DNA of 63,786 bases, counting the filler, from Folioceros fuciformis (Eukaryota), in assembly GCA_049999805.1 (NCBI GenBank). It is 6 parts of 6 records of this genome, joined end to end, with 100 filler letters (N's around TTAATTAATTAA, not from the genome) between each part and the next. Parts side by side here need not be neighbours in the genome. Positions count along the whole stretch, not along the records: positions 1 to 13,447 come from JBNGIO010004607.1; positions 13,548 to 27,506 come from JBNGIO010004608.1; 4 more parts are not named here. One strand, written 5' to 3'. The translations under genes were made by a program, and so were the position numbers. The notes under the pieces were generated by a model, which was not told where the DNA came from, did not search any database, and saw only the letters and a list, made by a program, of their open reading frames with translations. This document shows, piece by piece, positions 11,591 through 23,974 of this stretch; the first letter of the stretch is position 1; each line of letters opens with the position of its first letter.

Positions 11591-12832
11591 CATGAGGGTC
11601 TGGTGCTATGGAGGGCCACCAAGCGCCCCATGGAGGATGCCCAAGGTATTGAACATCCAATGGAGGCACCCTCTATGACATTGTACGTCTTATGTTGTTA
11701 AGACGCTATAGATGGCACCTTCCACTGGATGTTTGGGCATGCTTGAGGAGGATACCTTCGGCGTTTAGGCATGCCAATGAGATACACCCACACTTGTACT
11801 TAATACATAAAAAGTAAGAAAAGTGTGAGTTTTGCGAACTCAAAACGTCCAACCGTTTGGTCAAAAGTGCAGTAAAAATCTCAAAAAATAGAGGGCTTTC
11901 TCAAACTCAACCAAATAAATTGTATTTTGAACGTGGTATAAAATAACAAAAAAAATCTAAATATGGTAGTTTAGAGGATGCTTCATTTGCTTAGAGTTGT
12001 TATTTTCTATCCTTTTATTTACAAAACGGTTCTTAGCAAAGAAGGGTAGAAAACAACAACTCTAAGCAAATGAAGGGAAGCAAAGAGTGCAACGGAAGCG
12101 AAGAGTGCAAGGGAAGTTTTGAGGTTTGGTAAGATCTTCAAAGTGAGAAAATCTGTACATATATTTATTGTGCAGTGAGAATATGGATATATTGCATGTA
12201 GATATTGTTGTGCGTTGCGTACGGAATGACAGATAGGACCTGGTCAAGGCATCGACTTGGTTCATTGACAGGGTTGACTGACGGATGACAGTGGTGCCAC
12301 ATTGCTAGTCGCTGTGTGGGGCGAATCGGCGAAAGCCGGCTACACGACGGGGTGAAGCCTGAGGCTCCCACCTGGCGCGGCGACCGAGAAGGATGGAAAC
12401 CGCGGGAACCACCGGGCGGCAAAACGGCGAAAGACTGGAGTCGGTCTCCGGCTCGGAACGTTCCTAGATGGTGCCGGCCCTACCGCGTTCTCTGCGGCCC
12501 TACCGCGTTCCCTGCTCTTCATAACGCACGTCGCGCGAGACTGTTCTCATCCCTCCCACTACCACTTGACAGCGCCCGCCCATCCCATCCTCTCCTCGCG
12601 CTTCATATACGCCTCCACTTCACCTCATCGGCCGCAGACAATACTTTTTCGTTACATTGCAGCGGGGAGACGGGAATTCCTTACCTCCGTGTTTGAGAAG
12701 CTCGCGCCTGAGGACCGGCCAGGGACGCTCCCCGCCCCCTCCGCTTCGCTTCGAATTCTACTTGGGCTTGCACTTCGACTCCGCGCGCTGTTGGAGCGGC
12801 TGATTCGCGTCTCGGAAGCACCGTGCTTGGGC

Positions 12833-13447
12833 ATGGCGAGGAGGCAGGGAGGAGGCAGTGCGTGCGCGGCCGTGGCCGTGGTCACCCTGCTCGCACTGCT
12901 GCAGACCGCGCTAGCTGCCAACTACCCTGTCAACGGCGATGGCAACTGGGCCTACGGGAAAGACTACCAGCCCTGGGCTAACGGGGTGAACGCTGTGGTC
13001 GGGGATACCCTTGGTGAGTTCGAGGGTTTGGATCTGGATGCAGATCTGGCTGTTTGGATGCATTGTGGTGTTGCGGTCCGCGGGTGTTTTGTTTGGTTGT
13101 TTCGGAGCCAGATCTGGCTGTTTGGGGGCGGGATGCGTGTCGGTGTTGTGTTATCCCGGGGTGTCTACATTTGTTGGCGGGTGCTGATCTGTGGTGTGAT
13201 GGAATGCGGCAGAGTTCAAGTACACCGCCCCTGGCCATTCCGTGTTCCAGCTCGCCGACAAGGCCGCCTTCGACGCCTGCGACATCAGCACCCCTACGCA
13301 GACGTGGGTGTCAGGAGATGATTCTGTTCCACTGACGGCGGCAGGGACGTTGTTCTTCGTGTGCGGAGTCCCGGGGCATTGCGCTGGCGGAACAATGAAG
13401 TTCTCCATCAACGTTGTGGCTTCGAGTGCTGGTGCGCCTGCTACACC
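12833..13447 (+). CDS. Phytocyanin (plantacyanin/uclacyanin-like blue copper protein). Exons 12833-13013 and 13213 to beyond 13447; the 3' end is lost in a linker gap.
   Basis: Signal peptide, then NGDGNW...DYQPWA...VGDTL|EFKY...GHSV...FDAC...FFVCGVPGHCAGGTMKFSINV. The His/Cys/His/Met copper ligands are intact, and an Ala/Pro/Ser/Thr-rich tail begins before the gap. Confidence 0.93.
12843..12863 (+). promoter_or_regulatory. miR408 target site in the phytocyanin coding sequence
   Basis: GGCAGGGAGGAGGCAGTGCGT pairs with miR408 AUGCACUGCCUCUUCCCUGGC with G:U at miRNA positions 2 and 13 and one mismatch at 20; positions 3-12 are perfect. Confidence 0.88.
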
Positions 13448-13547
13448 NNNNNNNNNNNNNNNNNNNNNNNNNNNNNNNNNNNNNNNNNNNNTTAATTAAT
13501 TAANNNNNNNNNNNNNNNNNNNNNNNNNNNNNNNNNNNNNNNNNNNN
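13448..13547. other. Artificial assembly linker N44-TTAATTAATTAA-N44 (also at 27507-27606, 37275-37374, 59244-59343, 62487-62586)
   Basis: An identical 12-mer with stops in all six frames is centred in 100-nt N blocks five times. Confidence 0.97.
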
Positions 13548-16430
13548 GGCGTATTGGATCGTGACCTTAGCAGGCATGCAGGCAAGCAGGCAGGCAGGCA
13601 GATGTAGACAAGACGCCAACTCGTGACTACTCGAAGGCACCAAACGTCCTTACCTGTATCCTTGAATTGGAAGAACGACCATGTCCTGTCCCCCTCGAGA
13701 GCTGTTGCTTCTTGAAAGCGTCCAAGATCCTTCCCTGGATCGTTCTCGCCAGCCGAATAGCAACAGCCTTGCCAATTCCGTTTCGTTCACGAGTGTACGG
13801 TCACGTTCATCGCCGATCCGTCCAGCCGGCGCCGAGACGTTACGAGGTACGTAAGATCAAGATCGATTCCTGTCGCTGCTCTGCCGCGCGCGTCGCAAGC
13901 TTTGCATTGTCCATGGTCACGGGATGTTGGTTGCGGAGCCATGAATCACAATTTTCGTCTTGTTATATTTTTCCTCCATGAGAGTGTCCAACTGCAGGGT
14001 TGATCCACGCATGCCCACACGTGTGAAGTCACTTATTTCAGTTGTGTCCCTCGACTATTGCGGAATCGGGTTAGCGTCTGTGAGCTGGAAATTGATGGAA
14101 ACCTTCTTCCACGCCATGGAAATTTGCTGCTGTGTCAAACATTGCGTGATCGATTAATCGTCCGCAACAAGGTCAGGTCCCGGGACCCCGCACATTACAT
14201 GGTGTGTGTAGGGCGCTCCTGCAGCACGGGAGCGCATGTTGTGAGGCGAGACAGATTGAGCTGCCCAGCCACTTTGCACAGTAGTGTCAACGGGGTCTAC
14301 CAGAATATTCTTCATGTTGTCGTGGCATATATGGTTTTTTACATTTGTCTGGCATTTTATAAATGTAACTGTGTGACATTGTCAAATCTAGACGTGTTGG
14401 CGTTGTGCACGTATGTGGGCTCAATTGTTTGCACCATGAGGAATGTGTGGCCCTGAGCCGGTGGGTATGACATTTTTTGCCGCTTCCTCTTGTCATGATC
14501 CCAATTTTGTGCATTATAAGAGCAGTGAGGAGCCTCTTTGAACGCACCTATCTCTTGGACAAGCCTCGTGGAGGAGACAGTACGGTTGCTGACTGAATAT
14601 TCAGTTCTTTTCTTAGGCAGGTAGGGCCATTATGTGGCAAGAATGTTCTCTTCTTGTTCCACTGTTTGAGAGGCTGTGTACAGTCGGTGAGAGCTGGTCT
14701 TACTACACAGGCTTGGTGACGTGAGTGTGTCGTTAGAGTTACTTACTATGGTGAAGCTACGTACATTCTCCGCTCCTGTTTGACGACCTCGCTCAACACC
14801 CAACCGTCCACTTCCACTTTGTCAGCCGGCCGAGGAGGTGCTGTTGCTGGCCACCGGAAGAGTCTTGACTGCGGCAACCCACAATGTTGCCAAAGTCAAG
14901 ACTTAGTGCATCTCCGCGAGCGCAATATATTTCAAGGTGTGTAGACTAGACTAGTGCAGAGCCCAGTTGTCACCTCGTGCTTTTTCTGACAACGGTCTAC
15001 AGTAGACAGAGATAAGTTCGAAGTTGCCACAGCGTTCAATGGAATTATTGCTTGCAAAAGGGTGGTCAAGAGAGAAAAATTGAAACCCGTGGAGCAGCAT
15101 GTATGTGGTTAGGTGCAGCTAGCTGGATGCTTCTTACGAATTTCTTCTCGTGGTGAAGGTCCACACCTTTTTTTGCCAAGAGGCACACGCTAAGGCTGTA
15201 AGTAGGGTTGTAGCATACTGACGCCGCTGTGCACCAACTCAATCCGAGCGTCCAATACGTCATAACAGACGGTAAACAGCTTCTTCAACTGGAAACTGTT
15301 GCCAGTACTTTCAGTTGGACTAGTACTTCTGCTCTTGTACAGCAGCATGCGCACCAACCATTCGGTCAGGAGTGCAGAACTGGCCAGCTACATAGCGTTA
15401 TACGACTGTTGCCGTACATGTGCTGCATGCATTTGTAATGTTCCACGTTCCAAATGTGCGCAATTCAGGTACGCACCACTGCTGACTCAAGTGGTAGAAT
15501 TTCATCTTTCAGTTCAGGTGCACTTCACTCCTGACTCAAGGGCTGGAATTTTTTCTGTGTGTACAGATCGATTCTTGAGTAGTTGTACTTGGCAAGAATG
15601 AGGAGGACTCACAAAACTTGATCAGGTCGCATATCTACACAATCACACTCGTTGGTCTCTGTTATTCAGAAGATTTCCATTTTGACACACCCGATCGTCG
15701 GGATCAACATTTCACGGAATCAGATCTATACCAGCCAACACTACCTCTAACACAAAGATCAAGCAGTTGTCAAAAGCAATGGCTGCTCATCGAGTCGTTC
15801 TCTTAATTGAAGGAGCGAGAAACCAGAGCATCTAGATCTAAAGGCTTGAGCATCTTGCTACTGAGGACTTGCAAGTCACCTTTCCACAAATAGTGTAGAA
15901 CGAGGACACCTTCCCAAAAATGTACAACGAGGCCATCTTTCGGCCAGCAATCAGGAACTATAACTCTCCATACCCTGCTGGTTTCATGAACTCCCAATTC
16001 CCAAGTTTGGATCCACCTGTCGATGTCTTAAAGTACTGATCATGAGGACTTGTCAGACTTGGAGGTTGTGCATCGGAGGACTTGTGACATCTTCAACATC
16101 GCATTCGACTGCATCCGCTTGTTGCAAGCTGTGCAATGGCAATAAAAAAAAAATTCAACTGATGTCTCAAACCTGAAATCGATCCATGAAACCTCTGTCC
16201 ATAAGATGGATCCATGAACGCACTGTACTTATGATTGCATCCCCGTTTCCCGTGGCAACAGAACAACCCAACAACGAGGTGAGCGTGAACCAAACTTAAG
16301 CGAACAAAAACCAATTGCAAGTTCAGGCACATGCTCGAACAAGGGAAAGTTGGAATAGATTTTGGCATCACCGCACTTCAAATCTTACCATCAGCAGTGA
16401 CCTGCTGTACATTTGATTAGCTTTCTTCAC

Positions 16431-16540
16431 TGAAGCTAAGAAGAGAGACGAAAGAGAGTGAGCACGCTTTATTACATGCATGCCTTCATGGACGTAACCA
16501 AATGTGCTCACTCTCTTCTGTCACTAACTACTTATCCTCA
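16431..16540 (-). ncRNA. MIR156: pre-miR156 hairpin B; mature UGACAGAAGAGAGUGAGCAC at 16523-16504
   Basis: Exact canonical miR156 on the minus strand, star arm at 16465-16447. The lower stem TGAGGATAAG/CTTAGCTTCA contains a G:U pair that works only on the minus strand. Confidence 0.93.
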
Positions 16541-16594
16541 AAACAGAGCCTTGCAAGCCCTCGAGACCGATTCTCTTTCAACCCAAGAAACACC

Positions 16595-16690
16595 CGAAAC
16601 AGAGTGGCAGAAGAGAGTGAGCACGCATCACTGGATGCAGCCTCTGCACAAAGCAAAATGTGCTCACTCTCTTCTGTCACTAGACGGTTG
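16595..16690 (-). ncRNA. MIR156: pre-miR156 hairpin A; mature UGACAGAAGAGAGUGAGCAC at 16679-16660
   Basis: Exact canonical miR156 with a near-perfect star arm at 16624-16605 (one mismatch) and a ~35-nt loop. Confidence 0.93.
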
Positions 16691-19600
16691 CTTTCGAAGC
16701 TAAAGGGTATCATGACCTGAAGTCGTGCAGAGCAATCTGCCACCATCATCTGGACATGTGATCTACAAGTACGTGTGTCGCCCAGCCAGTTTTCATTACT
16801 CGAGTCTCCTCGAGGAGGAGCTAGCTGCTTCGAGCTTTCATCATATATCCACGTCCAATTCATCCCCCGCTGACCACGCACGAGAGTAAGATACCTGCAT
16901 ATATACATGCCAGGGATACTCAAGATGAAAAAAGTACAGCGGACAGCCCAAAAACAAAAAACAATTGAAAGGTTGAAGACAAATTCTTGAGGCCAAATAG
17001 TAGTTGATAGCAGAGCTTTGATCGGTTGGCTTAAATTCTGTGACCGACCGCAATCACTCCGACTCCCGAGCTATCGTCGATCAATCGGGAAGCAATAGTT
17101 CAAAGTTTGACACACAGCTGTGGACATGAACACCAAGAATCTCGCTTGCAGTGTCACAGTGCGTTTGAAGCAAACTAACATAGTCAGAACTAGACCTGCA
17201 CACCTCAGAAGAATCCACAACAAAAGCATTCCGCAGCTTGCCTTGATTGCTCTCGGGACAAGCCACAGGCCGGGATATCCGCCACCATTTGTCCTCACGA
17301 CCGACGGGTATCGACAAGTTGGAAGATGAGGCATAGGTGAAATGAAGGCTAGGAACATCGCCTCTGCACCACAATCTAGTACTGCGGCCTGGTGAGCGAG
17401 CTGTACCTGCAGATACCATGATCAAGCTCCCGGATACTCAAGACAATCTTAGCGTATACCCAACACGCGAGGAACACATTCGCCTTTCAAGAGCAAAGAG
17501 AAAAGGTTGTAGTCGGAGGAAGAAAGTCGAATTGTCGTTAGGTAGGAAGGAGGACTGAGCACAAGTAGCCAAGAGGCTAAGCTGGGAGTCCTGGCTGATG
17601 TGGGAAGGAAGGAAAGAGGCCAGCGATGGAGAGAAATTCAGGTGCACAGTCCGCCCCCGCACATGACACCGCACGACATGTGATGCAGTATGGGGGGTTG
17701 GGAGGTGAGGTGGCGACACGATTGTGCGAACACAAGGAAGAGGAAGTGAGATTCACGCATCCGCACCAAACCACAGGAGATGAGCCTGTTTTTTTCTTTT
17801 TAAATGATTCACGGCGGCTATCAAAATGCGGGCCCAGGCTGAAGGCTCCAGACGCTCAAGCGCTTTGTGTTGAGCACAAAGGTGCATCAAACGCATGCCC
17901 AAGCTCAAAGGGAACAGACGGGTAGCAAAAACTTGAGCACACAAGTTGTGGAATGGCTAGATTTGGCTGCCCCTGTACAGTACTTGGTCCCTCGAGGAGG
18001 AGACGCAGAATTCTGGTTCAGGACAAGATCGACTGCGGGATCATGGCGTGTGAGCGGCAGCACAGCCACGTCGGTGGCCCCATCATCCCGGGGAAACAAG
18101 TTTGGGGGAGCGATAGAGCATGAGGCCGTACGGCACATGCGTGACTTGACTGGAGATGAATCCCGGCGCAGCATGTGGAGCAAGTCGAATGGGCACTGAA
18201 CGTTCAGTGCACATAGGAATCGAACAAGACACAGGCGCTGAAAAGCATGCGCAAGAAGCACTAGAGGGAGCACAGAGCAGAAGCAGACCGGACCAGTTTG
18301 GAGACACAGTGACAGCGCTAGTGGACGAGACTGGTTTTGATGTAGCCCAGGACTTTGGGCAACAGCAACTGTACAGCAACAGTGCAGGTCGACAGGCCTA
18401 GGCCTAGCGAGGGGCGAGCAGAGTCGTCGATGCCCGCCGGGTGTCTCAGGATCCGCTGGCTGCTCGATCAAGCCCAGCCCCAGGAGCCAGCACGGAGTGT
18501 GGAGAAGCGACGAGAGCGGGGCGGATAAGAATTGTGTTAGGGGCGTGGAAGGTCGCTTAAAAAAGACTTGAGAGAGATCCGGCAAGGAAAGCGGAGGAGA
18601 TGCGCGCAGCAGCTAGGCAAACTGAAGTCAGCTCCCTGGCCTTCTAAAAAACGACCGGCCCGGCCCATCCCGATTCCCGCGCCCTGTCTTCTTGTGCCTA
18701 CAGCCTACGCTTCCTCGCCATGGTCAATCATCACGACTATAGCTACCGTCAGAGTGCCTGCGTCGGGGTCGGGCCGGGCGCGCCCAGGCACGTCTCGTCT
18801 GTATTCTTGTACGCCGGAAGTAGTTGGAACCTGCATTCCCCAATCCCCTCCCAGCAACTGATCCTTCCACAATTCGATAATGCAGTTATGAACGGGAAGG
18901 TTGAACGGGACGCTTGCCAGCCCTGCATCTGCTTGGTGGCCGGTGTCTCTCATCAGCCTCGCTTGCTTCTGTGCTACGCGAAGTCATGCGATGACTGGCT
19001 GCTGGCTGCTGGCTCGTGCCCCCTGCCCTGCCCTGCCCTTGTGCCCGGCCCGGCTCGGCATTTAACGGAATGATTGGAAGCATTTGCGAGACCCAGCTAC
19101 ACAACAGTGGTATGAGACAAACGGGTGGAGCCAAGAGCCCCCATCACCTGCACCACTGCACATGCCCAAGACAGTTGCCACTGTTTGCCTGTGTACATGT
19201 GTGTAGTGTATTGTATGTAGAGGGGTTATAGGCTGGCGTATTCGTATGGCCTTATACCCTTGTATAAATCCAAATGAAGGAAGGAACCTGGTACCTAGGT
19301 AGGTAGAGGCTCTGGTGGCCGTCCCGTGGGAGCAGATACGGGAATAGACCCGCCGGCATAGACACACACATATGTACATGTAGGTCCGTGGAGCCTCGAG
19401 GTACACGCGGGGCCAACCCTTCGTCCATTTTAACTGTTATGTGTGACGGGTACAAAGCGGTAGTAAAGGCCGGCAGACCTAAACCGTGCTCCCCGCGCCA
19501 CCCTCACCCTGTTTTTAACTTTCAAGTGGACGCACCCACTCGAATTTTGGTTCTTGAGCCAGCAGCAGCTACAGGCCAGTCCAGTAGCTTCCATGCAAAA

Positions 19601-20804
19601 GCTTCATGTCGGTGACTGGATCTGCTTGGCTCGTAATCCGTTTCACACACTTTCCTCCGACTCCGACTCCGACTCCGACTGCGACTCCCACTTAGCTGCA
19701 ACTTCTATATGTGCTCAACAACAACCTGGCTGATTGTGAGTGGGTGGCCACGCAACTTGTACATGTAGCAAATCACTGCACTGCGCGCTTCCTACCCTGT
19801 GTTGTTGCTAAATGGTCTGAAACGACCTGACCCGCCGTGTCCGACGCGTCTGTCGCCACTGCCACTGCTGTGTGTCACCGTGTTCATGAGTAGGAGTGGA
19901 CAATACGCTGCCTCACCTATTCCATGCCTGCCCTGGAATTGTGGAGCCTAATTCTTTGTGAGGCCATCCAAGGGTGCGCTGCCACCTAAATGCCGTCCAT
20001 AGCCGCACCCATTTGAGCAGCTTGCCGCCGGCGCCGGCGCGCGCTGGCGGGCCTACGATACGATGTGGGCAACTGACAACTGCTCAACGTGTTTCCACGA
20101 TAAAACTCCCTGTATACGAGCGAGTCTCCGATATACGAGGTGCCCACTCGGCGCAGTGGTGGTCTAGGTGACAATTGCGTGTTGCCTGTCCCTAGGTGCC
20201 AGCAGAAATCGTGTCCTGAATCGGGATCCTACTTTACCTTTGCATGTACATGCTGTCTACGCAAACCACTGCAGCTGCTGGCCCACTGCCTTTTCACTGC
20301 CTTGACAGATATGTCTCCTGACCCCACCGACCCCACACTCACCTCCGCTCCCTCGTGGCTGCCGTAAGAGCCTGCCTTGTAACGGTCAAGCTAGTTCAGA
20401 GACTGATGAAAACCCATATCTCTACATGTGAACACACCCACAGGCTTGAGTGAAATCACAGGACGCACCTGACCGGTGCTTCAGCTCTGTCACGCTTACT
20501 CGCTTTTCGTCACATGTCGTCCGTGCCCACATCAATGCCATGGGCACTCATCCAACAGCTCTCGCTATCCGAGCTCGCTGTTAACACCCACTTGGCGTCT
20601 CATATACCATTTGCGGAGGGTGTACACTCAACTTCGCCAATTGGCAGCCGGACAAGTGTGTCCAGTACACGATCAACAGATCGAAAATAATGAGGAGCTG
20701 GAGATTTACAAAGCTGAGGGGGCTGATGATGGAGGAGAGGGTCGCCCTATCAGCTTATGTGGATCTCTTGGCACACTCCATTAACCTACGCTCATGTCCA
20801 CTGG

Positions 20805-21961
<1,157 letters not shown>

Positions 21962-22299
21962 GACTGTATGCCACTCGACCTGAGACCGAGAAACAGGCAG
22001 CGGCTCCCCTCAGCAGGCCTCCCTACCCCTCGCTTCAGAGAAATGAGCAGGACGTCACCTCAAAACCCTGCACTGACTACCACTTCCATTCCTGCTTCAG
22101 CCGTTGTAGACGCAAGCCAGCACCACTACATCCCTCAAGTTTCCCAAAGGTACCGGCAACGTAGAGAATCCGGAGCGTTTGGTTTGCTTTGATGCGTTAT
22201 GGTTTGGTTTAAGTTGCAACATACTTGCCCAGGAGTTTTACAATGTGACGCCCTTACATGCGCCTGCCATCTCATCGCGCGAGCTGCTGTGCACGTTGA

Positions 22300-23242
<943 letters not shown>

Positions 23243-23974
23243 GAGTCTAATGGTCGTTAGGTGTAGCATCACGTGCATGTTCCCAATTGAACTGCTGCAG
23301 CTGCAGACGACAATATGACCTGGCTCTGATACTTTTCCTGCTGATCCTGGAGATGCTGCACACTACCACATTGACCAGTAGCGGACGTGTGATGGGTCTA
23401 ACAGTGTGGTGGCTGATAATGCAAGAGCCGTACAAGGAGGCAGATGCTAGCATGTGAGTTGATCTGCAGCGTCTCCTAGGCCAACAACCCAGAACCACTA
23501 CATGCACACTGGCAATGCGCATAAATATTTCCAGTAGTCACAAGGTGTAATCGGTGTTCGACAACATGTCCTTCCATCCATCGCTGGGACAGGGGGACGC
23601 GGAGAGGGTTCAAGTCCCAAGACACAAAAAAACCGCGTCAAGTCCTCCTACAAGAACAAGTTTGCATGATTCATTCCCTTGTTGTTTGCAAAACTGGGCA
23701 TCACCACGCCAGAAGTACCCTGACAGAGGGAACAAACTGCTTTACGCCACTGCAAAAGTCGGAGCAACCGAGAATGAGGTAACGGACAAATGCGAGCAAC
23801 TGGTAGGGAGACTTGTAACCGAATATCACCTTTCCCGAGGCGGACTGGTGGGCTCCCCTGCATTTCTCTTAGGACATCCGAATCGACGCCAAATTCATAA
23901 CTCGGAGGTATTCGGACAGCTCGTTGCTGGCGGGAAAGGACATCGGGAGGCTTTAGGGATGCTTGGCACCAAAT

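Larger units (their letters stand above)
15800..17650 (-). ncRNA. Putative spliced pri-MIR156 host transcript
   Basis: Minus-strand splice-like signals flank the hairpins: an acceptor near 16895, a 13-nt candidate micro-exon 16401-16389 (cag|...|gtaag), and an acceptor near 16129. No convincing protein ORF. Boundaries are guesses. Confidence 0.4.

Noticed and set aside
13448-13547. Recurrent palindromic TTAATTAATTAA inside N runs (5 times)
   Set aside because: Artificial six-frame-stop contig linker, not biology.
16760-16850. Box C-like ATGATGA on the minus strand suggesting a C/D snoRNA
   Set aside because: No suitably placed CTGA box D or terminal stem was found.
17867-19134. Several 100-226-aa ORFs on both strands
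   Set aside because: No recognisable motifs or consistent exon structure; expected by chance in GC-rich DNA.
19214-19266. Imperfect hairpin
   Set aside because: Short, G:U- and mismatch-rich, with no known miRNA match.
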